In this document: positions 48,675 to 57,490 of the stretch, one piece after another | Layout: each line of letters starts with the position of its first letter | How positions within the stretch are numbered: the stretch's first letter is position 1 | Source of the DNA: a virus | Taxonomy: Duplodnaviria > Caudoviricetes | Virus record (IMG/VR): IMGVR_UViG_3300044611_001018 | Length of the DNA stretch: 64,000 nt | Reading direction: 5' to 3' (one strand) | The notes under the pieces: generated by a model | What the model saw: the letters and a program-made list of their open reading frames with translations, nothing else | Databases searched by the model: none | What the model was told of the DNA's origin: nothing | Program-made: the position numbers and the translations under genes

Positions 48675-49671
48675 AAATGCACATATCCTCAACTAATTCA
48701 TTAAAAGTAATTTTTGGTTCCCACCCAAGATTTTCCTTTGCTTTTGTGGGATCTCCCAACAAAGATTCAACTTCAGCAGGTCTAAAATATTTAGGGTCAA
48801 CTTTAACAACTACTCTATTAGTATTCTTATCAATACCAACTTCATCTAGACCACTACCTTCCCATTTAATCTTCATTCCAAAGTAAGGTGCTGCAGTCTC
48901 AACAAATGCCCTAACTGAATATTGTTCACCAGTAGCAATCACATAATCATCGGGTTCATCTTGTTGAAGCATCATCCACATTGCTTCGACAAAATCTTTG
49001 GCATGTCCCCAATCTCTTTTAGCATTTAAATTGCCAAGATATAAAACATCCTGCAATCCAGCACTAATTTTAGAAAGACCTCTTGTTATTTTACGGGTAA
49101 CAAATGTCTCACCACGACGAGGAGATTCATGGTTAAAAAGTATTCCTGTGCAAGCATACATTCCATAGGATTCTCGATAATTCTTTGTAATCCAATATCC
49201 ATATAATTTTGCTACCCCATAAGGAGAACGTGGATAAAAGGGAGTAGTTTCTTTTTGAGGAACCTCTTGCACTAATCCATAAAGTTCACTTGTAGATGCT
49301 TGATAAACTCTACAAGTTTTTTCCATTCCCAAAATTCTTACCGCTTCAAGAATTCTAAGAGTTCCCAATCCATCAACATTACCAGTATACTCAGGCATCT
49401 CAAACGATACTTTTACATGACTTTGTGCCGCGAGATTATAAATCTCATCAGGTTTAGTTTGTTGGAGAATGTGAATAATATTTGCAGAATCGGTCAAATC
49501 CCCATAATGTAACTTGAGATGTGGGTGATTAAAAATATGATCAATCCTATGTGTATTAATAAGGGATGCTCTACGAATTATTCCATGAACCATGTATCCC
49601 TTTTCAATCAATAATTCAGCAAGATAAGAACCATCTTGCCCCGTGATTCCTGTAATTAAAGCAGTCTTCAT
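48664..49671 (-). CDS. gmd: GDP-mannose 4,6-dehydratase
   Basis: [39 protein letters not shown]. Confidence 0.97.
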   Translation of the reverse strand: MKTALITGITGQDGSYLAELLIEKGYMVHGIIRRASLINTHRIDHIFNHPHLKLHYGDLTDSANIIHILQQTKPDEIYNLAAQSHVKVSFEMPEYTGNVDGLGTLRILEAVRILGMEKTCRVYQASTSELYGLVQEVPQKETTPFYPRSPYGVAKLYGYWITKNYRESYGMYACTGILFNHESPRRGETFVTRKITRGLSKISAGLQDVLYLGNLNAKRDWGHAKDFVEAMWMMLQQDEPDDYVIATGEQYSVRAFVETAAPYFGMKIKWEGSGLDEVGIDKNTNRVVVKVDPKYFRPAEVESLLGDPTKAKENLGWEPKITFNELVEDMCIYGQ

Positions 49672-49754
49672 AGTAAGTGTATATTCACCAAAAATTATAG
49701 CACCTCCAAACAAAAACATCAATAATAAATACTCTTACTGGACTCATTATCTTA

Positions 49755-50393
49755 ATGGAAAAAACCGCTCAAATAAAAAAGCACGAAGGGAATTATTTCT
49801 ACAAAGCATATAATTTTATGCCAGAAGAATCTCTTCCAGAACTATATTCCTCTGCGGTAAAATGGTTAGAGAATACTCGAAAGAGTACACTTGAAGAAGT
49901 ATTTCCCCCAGAAGCATCTCAGAATTTATTGGGTAACGCGATACAAGAATCTTTCCTATCTGAGCAAGTTTGGGTAAATTTTTATTCGGAAGCAAAAAAA
50001 CATATTGCACAATATTGCAAAGTAACAGGAATCAATATACAAAATATTCGTTTACATTCTTCTTGGATTACTAGACTGCACAATTTAGATTTTCCAAGTG
50101 TACACTCAAAAAATGAGTTGGAAAAAAGATTAGGGTTGCATAATACATTTGGAAATATGCATTCCCATAAAACCAATCCTATAGGAATGGTTTATTATTT
50201 AAAAAACCCAGACCCAAAATATGGAACTATAGTAAAAATAACAAATAAAAAAATATTTAATAATAACGGAGAAGAAAATACTATTATGATTTTTGACCCT
50301 AGACTATATCATACAGCATTATATCCACCAATTAAAGAAACTGAAGTTTATCCTAGAATTACCATTGTAGTTGATTGTGAGTATATTGATTAA
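49755..50393 (+). CDS. Putative 2OG-Fe(II) oxygenase-like protein
   Basis: SSWIT, MHSH, VYYL, YHTA, RITIVVD. Confidence 0.55.
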   Translation: MEKTAQIKKHEGNYFYKAYNFMPEESLPELYSSAVKWLENTRKSTLEEVFPPEASQNLLGNAIQESFLSEQVWVNFYSEAKKHIAQYCKVTGINIQNIRLHSSWITRLHNLDFPSVHSKNELEKRLGLHNTFGNMHSHKTNPIGMVYYLKNPDPKYGTIVKITNKKIFNNNGEENTIMIFDPRLYHTALYPPIKETEVYPRITIVVDCEYID

Positions 50394-51043
50394 GGTAAAA
50401 CCCAATCAGGAACTCCAAAGGGAATATTAATATACCAATCAAATACAATATTATATTTTATAAAATCACTATTAATTAAAAATTTATTTGAACATGGATA
50501 TGAACCACCATTAAAAATAACCAACGAATTCTGTTCTCCAGGAATAGATTTAATTTTATTTCCTATTTTTATATCCGTTCCCATATGTACATTATCATTT
50601 CTTAGATAATATACAGTTCTTATCATATGTTTTTTAAGCCAGTCGTCATCAACGAGTCCAAAATCATCCTGAAAAATTGAAGATTCAAAATTAATTACAC
50701 TAAATATGCTATTTGGTTTTGTTGCTGATCTTTCTCCCCAACAAGAATGGGGAACAATTAAAGATTCATCAACACCAACAACTTTAAAATATTCCAGTAC
50801 ATGATGTTTTACTCTAAGACAAAATATATTCCAACATCTCTCATCATAGGGAAAATAAGAACTTGATGATAATGCCAATCCATGGCAGTCAATAATACAT
50901 TTTGTTACTTCTATTGCATCTGCATGTAGTAAATTATATTTAAAATGTTTATCAGAACTTACTTTTAATTCATTCTGCAAATCATCAGAAAAAACATTTT
51001 TAACTACATGTACATAATCAGATTTAATAATATTTTTTTCCAT
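50390..51043 (-). CDS. Hypothetical protein, possibly degenerate 2OG oxygenase fold
   Basis: HVVKNVFS, VYYL, GT.I, NSLVIF; HxD not evident. Confidence 0.45.
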   Translation of the reverse strand: MEKNIIKSDYVHVVKNVFSDDLQNELKVSSDKHFKYNLLHADAIEVTKCIIDCHGLALSSSSYFPYDERCWNIFCLRVKHHVLEYFKVVGVDESLIVPHSCWGERSATKPNSIFSVINFESSIFQDDFGLVDDDWLKKHMIRTVYYLRNDNVHMGTDIKIGNKIKSIPGEQNSLVIFNGGSYPCSNKFLINSDFIKYNIVFDWYINIPFGVPDWVLP

Positions 51044-51839
51044 AATTTGGAGAATGTAATGGTGTCTTTTTCGTAAATTTATTTGCCTTTTTAGGGCACA
51101 TTGTACAAACTGGTTCCGCAGTTCTTGTGAAAAATTCTAGAATATCTATCTCAGAACTAGTTGGTAACAATGGGTTATACTTTAAATAAGGATCCCATTT
51201 TGATGATAGATTATTCCCAAATTTTTTCTTTTGTAGTGGTAAGTAAGCAAGCGCCGCACATTTATATATTTTACCATCCAATAATTGAAAGTTTTCTTGT
51301 CCTCCTGGACAATTATTCCAACTCTCAATATAATCATCACTGCAAATTGGTTCAATAGAACACCCATATCCAGTATATGTTCTTAACCAATAAGTAGATG
51401 CATCATGTATTTTATAATTTACTCCAGATGACTTAATTTTTTGAATCGCAATATCAAATAATCTGATGTAATTATGGTCCTGCGAATGTTTAGTTATAGT
51501 CAAAATACAATTTGTATCAATCAGTGCTTTTGATAGTCCATCAATTCTATCAAATAGCAATCCATTCGATACTAATTCAAATTCTTGGTCATCTTGTATA
51601 TTCCAAATCTCTTTTGTCATGTAAATAATATCAACGATCTCCTTATTGAGAAGAGGTTCTCCACCTAACATTGACAATTCTTTTGGATAAATTTTTTTAT
51701 TCCAACACAAATACCACTCTTTTAGAGTGGTAAGTGAAATATTTTCTTTGTACCCATCATTAGTATAATGACCACATCCCTCACAAGTAAAATTGCAAGA
51801 ATGGGTAACATGCCACTCTAAGTGGGGGATTTTAATCAT
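51024..51839 (-). CDS. Radical SAM protein
   Basis: CNFTCEGC (CxxxCxxC), GGEPLL, SNG, additional C-terminal Cys (NC, KC, CTMC). Confidence 0.9.
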   Translation of the reverse strand: MIKIPHLEWHVTHSCNFTCEGCGHYTNDGYKENISLTTLKEWYLCWNKKIYPKELSMLGGEPLLNKEIVDIIYMTKEIWNIQDDQEFELVSNGLLFDRIDGLSKALIDTNCILTITKHSQDHNYIRLFDIAIQKIKSSGVNYKIHDASTYWLRTYTGYGCSIEPICSDDYIESWNNCPGGQENFQLLDGKIYKCAALAYLPLQKKKFGNNLSSKWDPYLKYNPLLPTSSEIDILEFFTRTAEPVCTMCPKKANKFTKKTPLHSPNYGKKYY

Positions 51840-52450
51840 TGGGCATCAATACTAGATACATCTCTTTCAGGAGAGAAAGTTCTCATTCCAATATTACCAG
51901 CATACCACCCAGTTGCAATATACTTATTAACTGGTGTGGGATTACCCCTATGCAGATGAGTAAAAGATCCAGGCCAAATTGCAACTCTACCTAATTTTGG
52001 CTTTACTTTTACCCCCTGATATAAAAATTCAGTTTCTCCACCATCTTCAATATCATTAAAGTACACTGTCCAAGCAAGAGTTCTTTCTTTTGTTATCCAT
52101 GTTGTATTTTCTGCATGGAAAGAATGATAACCACCACGCCTTGGTTCCGTTTTTTGAAGAAGAACTGTACAACTATGGTAACTAAATTGTTTTAAATAAG
52201 GGTATGAATCAATATATTGATTCATACAGAAGTCAATTCCTCCCATCAAATAGTTTGCCTCAGATGGAGAAAATGCACTAAGGCATACTTGCTTATCTGT
52301 AACAAAACTATAATTTCTAGAATTAATGAATGAAGTATTATCAATATAATTAATAATAAAATCACAGAATTCTTGATCAAATACATTATCCCAAACACCA
52401 ATAAAGTTATCTAAAACTGAATTAGTTGGTGTAGATTTTTTGTTTTCCAT
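51836..52450 (-). CDS. 2OG-Fe(II) oxygenase (prolyl hydroxylase-like)
   Basis: FHAE, YFND...GGETEF, THLHRG, KY. Confidence 0.88.
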   Translation of the reverse strand: MENKKSTPTNSVLDNFIGVWDNVFDQEFCDFIINYIDNTSFINSRNYSFVTDKQVCLSAFSPSEANYLMGGIDFCMNQYIDSYPYLKQFSYHSCTVLLQKTEPRRGGYHSFHAENTTWITKERTLAWTVYFNDIEDGGETEFLYQGVKVKPKLGRVAIWPGSFTHLHRGNPTPVNKYIATGWYAGNIGMRTFSPERDVSSIDAQ

Positions 52451-52462
52451 AAAAACCAAAGA

Positions 52463-52580
52463 AGGACGCGCCACCTAGTTTTGACTGAACTAGGAAACAG
52501 GCGGGAGAGATTCCCATCCGCACCAGTCGGCATATTTAAAGTCCATCCGACGAGGACATAAGGGGTCAGATTGACTCCAC
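52463..52580 (-). ncRNA. wcaG RNA motif-like cis-regulatory element
   Basis: Two UGGYG blocks (TGGTG 52525-52521, TGGCG 52473-52469) flanking hairpins GCGGATGGGA..TCCCGC and CCTAGTT..AACTAGG; directly before an ORF. Confidence 0.6.
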
Positions 52581-52589
52581 CACTTAGTT

Positions 52590-52817
52590 TTAAGAAACTA
52601 AGAAAAGTTGGGTTAACTTTGATATTTCGGAGATACCAAAGAATGCACATAAAAACAGCACATCCCAAAGTTTAAGTTTGATAGCAAAAGGAATTGTGAG
52701 AAGACCTCCAATAACTTTAATCATCAAACCATATTTAAATTCTCCCCATAACATAGTTTGATAACCAATTATAAGAAGAATGTTTCCAATCCACCGAAGT
52801 AAATCAGATTTAGACAT
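52590..52817 (-). CDS. Small membrane protein
   Basis: 75 aa, several hydrophobic segments. Confidence 0.65.
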   Translation of the reverse strand: MSKSDLLRWIGNILLIIGYQTMLWGEFKYGLMIKVIGGLLTIPFAIKLKLWDVLFLCAFFGISEISKLTQLFLVS

Positions 52818-52862
52818 AAGGGGTTGCTCCCGACCAGGGCACTTTTATAGTCATTCCGAGAC
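52815..52862 (-). ncRNA. Short intergenic element, possibly abiF-RNA-like
   Basis: TCTCGGAATGACTATAAAAGTGCCCTGGTCGGGAGCAACCCC; GCCCTGGT core recalled from memory only. Confidence 0.3.
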
Positions 52863-53077
52863 TAGGCAACTTCAATTTGCTCAAGATCTTGAACCAGACA
52901 ATCAATGAGAATATCATAATCATCTAGAGGATCTCCAGAAAAGACTACACCTTCATTTTCATAATAACGACGGACTTTTTTAAAGAGTTTTGGGTTTTTT
53001 ACATCTAGGTAAAAATCACCGTTTGCAGCACCACGAAGAGTTTGCACATCTTTTTTAAATTTTTCTGTGAGAGTCAT
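52862..53077 (-). CDS. Cyanophage-type hypothetical protein
   Basis: MTLTEKFKKD...VKNPKL; sigma70 promoter TTGACA-17-TATACT at about 53100-53128. Confidence 0.75.
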   Translation of the reverse strand: MTLTEKFKKDVQTLRGAANGDFYLDVKNPKLFKKVRRYYENEGVVFSGDPLDDYDILIDCLVQDLEQIEVA

Positions 53078-53129
53078 TGCTTTGAATGTTGACCTTAATA
53101 GTATAAGGGTTTGACAGTTATCTGTCAAG

Positions 53130-53202
53130 TGCTCCTTGCGTGGATCGAACACGCCTCAGGCGAATTATGAGTTCGCTGCATTCACCAGATTGCTAAAGGA
53201 GC
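53130..53202 (-). tRNA. tRNA with CAT anticodon (elongator Met or Ile2)
   Basis: GCTCCTT/AAGGAGC acceptor, GCGAA-CTCATAA-TTCGC, GTTCGA; G1-C72 pair so not initiator-type. Confidence 0.9.
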
Positions 53203-53335
53203 AAGTGGGGATAGTCGAACTTCACCCAATTTGGGCAAAGTCCTCGGACCCTGCCCAACCATCCCCATACGACGCTACGGAAGATATCCGTAGTAGAAGT
53301 TGGCGTCTACTTAGTTAATCGCTAAGGACTACCAA
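53203..53335 (-). ncRNA. Unnamed structured RNA between two tRNAs
   Basis: Several hairpins, 7-bp TGGGGAT/ATCCCCA stem and GTTCGA motif. Confidence 0.5.
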
Positions 53336-53407
53336 TAGGACTGCTGAGAATTGAACTCAGTTCACACCGTTATAAGCAGTGGGCCTTAACCAATAGGCGA
53401 CAGTCCC
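53336..53407 (-). tRNA. tRNA-Ile(TAT)
   Basis: GGGACTG/CAGTCCT, CACTG-CTTATAA-CGGTG, GTTCAA. Confidence 0.9.
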
Positions 53408-53411
53408 TCGA

Positions 53412-53936
53412 TTAAAAATAGTTAACTATTACAATAGATCTAAAAAAAGAATCCGTGCAAGTTGTACTACAATGATTTTTACTTGGATCAAAGAATAGTG
53501 CTCTATTCTCTATTGATTCTACTTTAGTTCCATCTTCCAAAATAGTAAATCCATTATTAGTATTCAAATAAACTATCAATCCAAAATGTTCATATGGATA
53601 ATCTATATGCATCCCATGCTGGACAATTTTATTTGTTTTTGGATAGACATTTGCTCTTGCTCTAATAATTGCTTTTGGATTTATTTTTTCAAAGATTGGG
53701 TTTAAAGATCCAAAGTATTGACTAGAAATATTGTAGTCTGTATAAAACGTGTGGGTAAAATAAATTCCTTCATCATTGTAAGTATTCTTTGTTGATATTC
53801 CATGATTTAAAAACCAAGGAATTGTATTATTTCCCACAATTGTTTTTTTAAAATGTTCAAAAATTGATGGTTCAATAAAGTTATCAATAATTTTTGTTGA
53901 CTGGTCCATAGTAACAGATGGTCTTATGGTTGTCAA
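53412..53936 (-). CDS. 2OG-Fe(II) oxygenase-like protein
   Basis: IIDNFI, MHID, VYLNTNNGFT, NRALFF...HCS..R. Confidence 0.75.
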   Translation of the reverse strand: MTTIRPSVTMDQSTKIIDNFIEPSIFEHFKKTIVGNNTIPWFLNHGISTKNTYNDEGIYFTHTFYTDYNISSQYFGSLNPIFEKINPKAIIRARANVYPKTNKIVQHGMHIDYPYEHFGLIVYLNTNNGFTILEDGTKVESIENRALFFDPSKNHCSTTCTDSFFRSIVIVNYF

Positions 53937-54130
53937 GGTGCTTCGTTGTGGTCAGTGTATATTCGTATCAATTCTTCATCTGCTGGCATGAGCACTGCTT
54001 CACCATACTCACTAGTGATGATAAAAGACTTCATTTCCTTTTCAACCAAATTCATTAAGTTATCAAAATCTGCTTGAAACTCTTCCACAGTATACCTCTT
54101 TAAACTACCAAGTTCCTTTTCGATACTCAT
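53933..54130 (-). CDS. Phd/YefM antitoxin-like small protein
   Basis: YTVEEFQADFDNLMNLVE...FIIT...GEAVLMP. Confidence 0.5.
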   Translation of the reverse strand: MSIEKELGSLKRYTVEEFQADFDNLMNLVEKEMKSFIITSEYGEAVLMPADEELIRIYTDHNEAP

Positions 54131-54812
54131 CATCAACCTCCGCAGGACAAAGATATTGTACTTTATTATTTTTATATGGGATATAATCCCAATTTTCTGG
54201 TCTCCAATGAAAGTACATGTTCCTATAATAATCTCCTTGAAATGGAGTATATCTAGAGTGAACACATAGACTCTCATATAATAACATGTCACCAGGTTCA
54301 AAAACAACCTTGTGTCTAACACCATCATGATCCCAAAAATCTAAAGGCCAATTTGTATTTTTGGGTTGCTCGTCAATAAAAATTATACAACTAATAATAT
54401 GAGTTTTTATTTCATCTCGGTGTAAACATAATATTGAGTCTTTTGGATAACTTCTTATTCCATAACCCGTGCTATATTTTAATTTTTGATGAGACCATTC
54501 TTCCAATATTGGTTGAAGAATATCCGCCCATTCTTTTAATTTTTCTGTGGGAATATGGTTTATATGGGTATAAGGATTTTTAATTCTTTTAGGGTCACCT
54601 AAAGGATTTCTAAATGCTATCGAACCAGCCGTAATGTGTTCTCCGTATTTAGGATCATAATGAGAATTGGTAGAATCTTCTTTTTGTGAGAAGTCGCAAG
54701 TATTATAAAAATTCAATATTTCAGAATATAAATTCTCTGGAACCCTGACCAGTTTAAACGGATTATCTGCAAAACTTGGCCACTTCATTTTAATTTGGGA
54801 CCATACATCCAA
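54105..54812 (-). CDS. 2OG-Fe(II) oxygenase-like protein
   Basis: LHRD, WPLDF, PGDMLLYE, HSR. Confidence 0.75.
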   Translation of the reverse strand: MDVWSQIKMKWPSFADNPFKLVRVPENLYSEILNFYNTCDFSQKEDSTNSHYDPKYGEHITAGSIAFRNPLGDPKRIKNPYTHINHIPTEKLKEWADILQPILEEWSHQKLKYSTGYGIRSYPKDSILCLHRDEIKTHIISCIIFIDEQPKNTNWPLDFWDHDGVRHKVVFEPGDMLLYESLCVHSRYTPFQGDYYRNMYFHWRPENWDYIPYKNNKVQYLCPAEVDDEYRKGTW

Positions 54813-55396
54813 GTAACCAAAGATACTCTTCTTCCTCTTGTTACTGGAGTAACTCTATGAGGAATTCTTGAATCAAATACAATAACAGATCCTTTTTCTT
54901 TTGGTGCCTGTATAATATTGCCATGATAGTCTATGAATTCTAAGTCACCACCATCATATTCAGAAGGGTCACTAACTAAAACACTTGCACTAAGTTTTCT
55001 AGTCCACTTCCCATTTTTTGAAGTTCCATAATCACTATGCCAACCATAGTGTCCATTTTCAAGATATACTGAGATTTGTATACTTTCAAGTAAATTCAAA
55101 TCATATTCCCAATACTTTCTATTAGATAAACCAATATAATAAGAAATTACACTACATGCCCAATGGTCTTCAAACCACCAATTGATTTTAGAATTTCTAA
55201 TTTTTGGGTCTATCCGACCATTATCCTCACCACCAACACCAGCATCTTCAAATGGAACTTTAAATTCTTCCATCTCTTTCAATTCTTTGACCATAAGATC
55301 TACCAAATCTTCTGGAAGAACTTCTCTATGATAAACTAATGGAGAATCTGCAAGAACATGTGGTTCTTGACCGTTTATTTTAATACTTTTATCCAT
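54785..55396 (-). CDS. 2OG-Fe(II) oxygenase (PKHD/P4H-like)
   Basis: WHSD, RKLS, YDGGDL, FDSRIPHRVTPVTRGRRVSLV.W. Confidence 0.9.
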   Translation of the reverse strand: MDKSIKINGQEPHVLADSPLVYHREVLPEDLVDLMVKELKEMEEFKVPFEDAGVGGEDNGRIDPKIRNSKINWWFEDHWACSVISYYIGLSNRKYWEYDLNLLESIQISVYLENGHYGWHSDYGTSKNGKWTRKLSASVLVSDPSEYDGGDLEFIDYHGNIIQAPKEKGSVIVFDSRIPHRVTPVTRGRRVSLVTWMYGPKLK

Positions 55397-55423
55397 GAAT
55401 TAAAAGAACAAATATTGTCCAAG

Positions 55424-55498
55424 TCGGGGTGAAAGGATTTGAACCTTCGGCCCCTGCTTCCCAAAAGCAGTGCTCTATCCAAACTGAGCTACACCCCG
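55424..55498 (-). tRNA. tRNA-Pro(TGG)
   Basis: CGGGGTG/CACCCCG, CTGCT-TTTGGGA-AGCAG. Confidence 0.95.
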
Positions 55499-55516
55499 TT
55501 GACTTGGTATGAGGAT

Positions 55517-55545
55517 ATTATACATCCTCATAATTTTGTTGTCAA
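55517..55545 (-). promoter_or_regulatory. Consensus sigma70 promoter of tRNA-Pro
   Basis: TTGACA-17-TATAAT. Confidence 0.85.
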
Positions 55546-56138
55546 GCGTTTAAGACTTCCTCTCTTATATATGAAGCAATCAATACCCCTCGACGAGTAT
55601 CTGACTTATTATAAGCATAATGTTCTGATAATTTTTCATCAAATAAATTTAAGTCTCCATTTTTAAGAAGACGTTCTTCTCCATTAACAACCAATGCTGA
55701 AGGTCCATCGCTTGGAATATCTAAACTAAAATGATACTTTATTACACTTGAATGTAAAAAGTTATCATCAATTCTTTCATCTCCATCAGAATGGGGACTA
55801 ATTTCAACTCCTGGTTCAAGAATAGAAAATACAGCAAGAACTGGTTTAATTGATTGACTAAGTAATATTCTTACTGTCTCAGACTGTTGTACTTGAAGAG
55901 GTGTCCTTAAAATTTGCTGTCTATTAAAAATTAATGGACACACTTTCCAGGGAAAATTTGGAGTGTATGTTGGAACAAACCCCAAAAAATTATTATCTAA
56001 TGAAGTTAAATTGTATGTATGAGAATAATCTATAAAATAATTACAATCCCTAAATTCAATATAATCACTTTTAATTTGAGAGTAATTAGATGTAAAAATA
56101 GAAGTTTGTATTTTACTCAATTTTGGTTCAATAAACAT
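55542..56138 (-). CDS. Aspartyl/asparaginyl beta-hydroxylase-like oxygenase
   Basis: FSILEPG..ISPHSD, YHFSL, FDE...HYAYN...R.VLI. Confidence 0.8.
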   Translation of the reverse strand: MFIEPKLSKIQTSIFTSNYSQIKSDYIEFRDCNYFIDYSHTYNLTSLDNNFLGFVPTYTPNFPWKVCPLIFNRQQILRTPLQVQQSETVRILLSQSIKPVLAVFSILEPGVEISPHSDGDERIDDNFLHSSVIKYHFSLDIPSDGPSALVVNGEERLLKNGDLNLFDEKLSEHYAYNKSDTRRGVLIASYIREEVLNA

Positions 56139-56171
56139 TATTTAATATAATAATTTTTATTATTTATGGGG

Positions 56172-56288
56172 TTATAACCCACTACCATTCCTAAACCCAT
56201 ACACGTATCCCACAATAAGACCACACATAAACACAATAAAAATCAAAACTTGTTTACCAAGAAACTCAATAAGTTCCTGCCATTCCAT
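56172..56288 (-). CDS. Small membrane protein (38 aa)
   Basis: MEWQELIEFLGKQVLIFIVFMCGLIVGYVYGFRNGSGL. Confidence 0.55.
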   Translation of the reverse strand: MEWQELIEFLGKQVLIFIVFMCGLIVGYVYGFRNGSGL

Positions 56289-56397
56289 AGTCATCATCGT
56301 CCTCATAAGTTGATGGTTCTTCAAACAACTCAGACATCTTTTGTTGTTTAACTAGTTCTTGCAATTCCTTTAAATCTTCTTCTGTAAGCGATATCAT
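56266..56397 (-). CDS. Small acidic protein (43 aa)
   Basis: MISLTEEDLKELQELVKQQKMSELFEEPSTYEDDDDYGMAGTY. Confidence 0.6.
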   Translation of the reverse strand: MISLTEEDLKELQELVKQQKMSELFEEPSTYEDDDDYGMAGTY

Positions 56398-56573
56398 TTG
56401 TCCTTGAGTAATTCTTCTATTCTTTTACGCATATTTGTGCTATCTTGTTTCAAATAGTCCCGAAGAGAATATCCTCGGTGACCCTTCATAATACAAGTGC
56501 CCTGATAAAACATCGTGGCAGCAAATACTAACAGAAAAACTATTCCAATTATTTCAAGGTGATATTGAGCCAT
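56394..56573 (-). CDS. Small membrane protein (59 aa)
   Basis: MAQYHLEIIGIVFLLVFAATMFYQG...; ATGA overlap with the next gene. Confidence 0.6.
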   Translation of the reverse strand: MAQYHLEIIGIVFLLVFAATMFYQGTCIMKGHRGYSLRDYLKQDSTNMRKRIEELLKDK

Positions 56574-56767
56574 GGTAGTAGAGGTGGTATTACTCCAATA
56601 AGTCGAAGAAGACCTTCAGCAAAAAGTGAAAGAACAACCCAACCAACACACATTGAAATAACCGAAGCATTACGATTATGTCTTCGTATGGCATCATCAA
56701 TCATCTCCTGACACTGCTTCTGTGTCACATAATGTTCTGAATTTATTTTAGTCATTCTGTGGACCAC
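56549..56767 (-). CDS. Small membrane protein
   Basis: EMIDDAIRRHNRNA plus hydrophobic helix. Confidence 0.7.
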   Translation of the reverse strand: MVHRMTKINSEHYVTQKQCQEMIDDAIRRHNRNASVISMCVGWVVLSLFAEGLLRLIGVIPPLLPWLNITLK

Positions 56768-57008
56768 GGAACTCGTCTTGCTCTAATTGGGTCAATCTCC
56801 TTTCCCATGTTATCCCACTTGTTGAACCTTTGCATGGATTTATGCAGGTTTCATCACCAAAGTTATTACATACAAGACCTGCAAGATCATGTGGGTCACC
56901 TTCTTTCCCAGTACCAGACCAATAATGCTGCCCATTCAACCAAATGGCACCACACTTAGGACATTCCTTCCTATCAATAGACAGGTCGGACAGTTCTTTA
57001 TTATTCAT
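56748..57008 (-). CDS. Small Cys-containing (Zn-ribbon-like) protein
   Basis: CPKC...C...C...C. Confidence 0.7.
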   Translation of the reverse strand: MNNKELSDLSIDRKECPKCGAIWLNGQHYWSGTGKEGDPHDLAGLVCNNFGDETCINPCKGSTSGITWERRLTQLEQDEFRGPQND

Positions 57009-57240
57009 TAGGATAATCCTTTAGAAATTTTTCGTAGCTCTTTGTGTCTTTAATTAGCTGACGCTTTAATTTCCATCCTAAAACTTTCATTTGCATCCGA
57101 ATAAAAAAGTGACGCAATTCAAGATCCAGATATGTAAAAACTCTCATGGTCCCTTCAAGTCCTGCATAGGCAACCATAAGTCCAAGGATTATTATTGTTA
57201 TATAAAATCCTAGTAAAGGAGTTGTTGTAGATGGGTCCAT
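57001..57240 (-). CDS. Small membrane protein
   Basis: N-terminal hydrophobic helix, 79 aa. Confidence 0.65.
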   Translation of the reverse strand: MDPSTTTPLLGFYITIIILGLMVAYAGLEGTMRVFTYLDLELRHFFIRMQMKVLGWKLKRQLIKDTKSYEKFLKDYPNE

Positions 57241-57356
57241 TAAGGCACAGTGCTACGTGTACTTACAAATTGTATATAGGTAATACAATAATGTCAACGT
57301 CTCATTAGTATCTCCTGATACTAAGTTTAATAACAATCAAAAGAAATAGTTAAAAA

Positions 57357-57442
57357 CGGAAGCGGTAGGATTTGAACCCACGAACGCTGTTAACGTTGGT
57401 TGTTTTCAAGACAACTGCCATAAACCACTCGGCCACGCTTCC
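57357..57442 (-). tRNA. tRNA-Ser(TGA)
   Basis: GGAAGCG/CGCTTCC, CTTGAAA loop, long variable arm; TTGACA-17-TATACT upstream. Confidence 0.95.
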
Positions 57443-57490
57443 AGTATTTGATTTCTTATAGTATAATATATCTATATTATTTTGTCAAAC

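Noticed and set aside
53203-53270. A tenth tRNA or tmRNA
   Set aside because: No D arm, anticodon loop or tag reading frame; kept only as an unnamed RNA
53136-53318. ORF-track entries over RNA genes (also 55439-55666 and 59647-59898)
   Set aside because: Antisense to clear tRNAs or structured RNA
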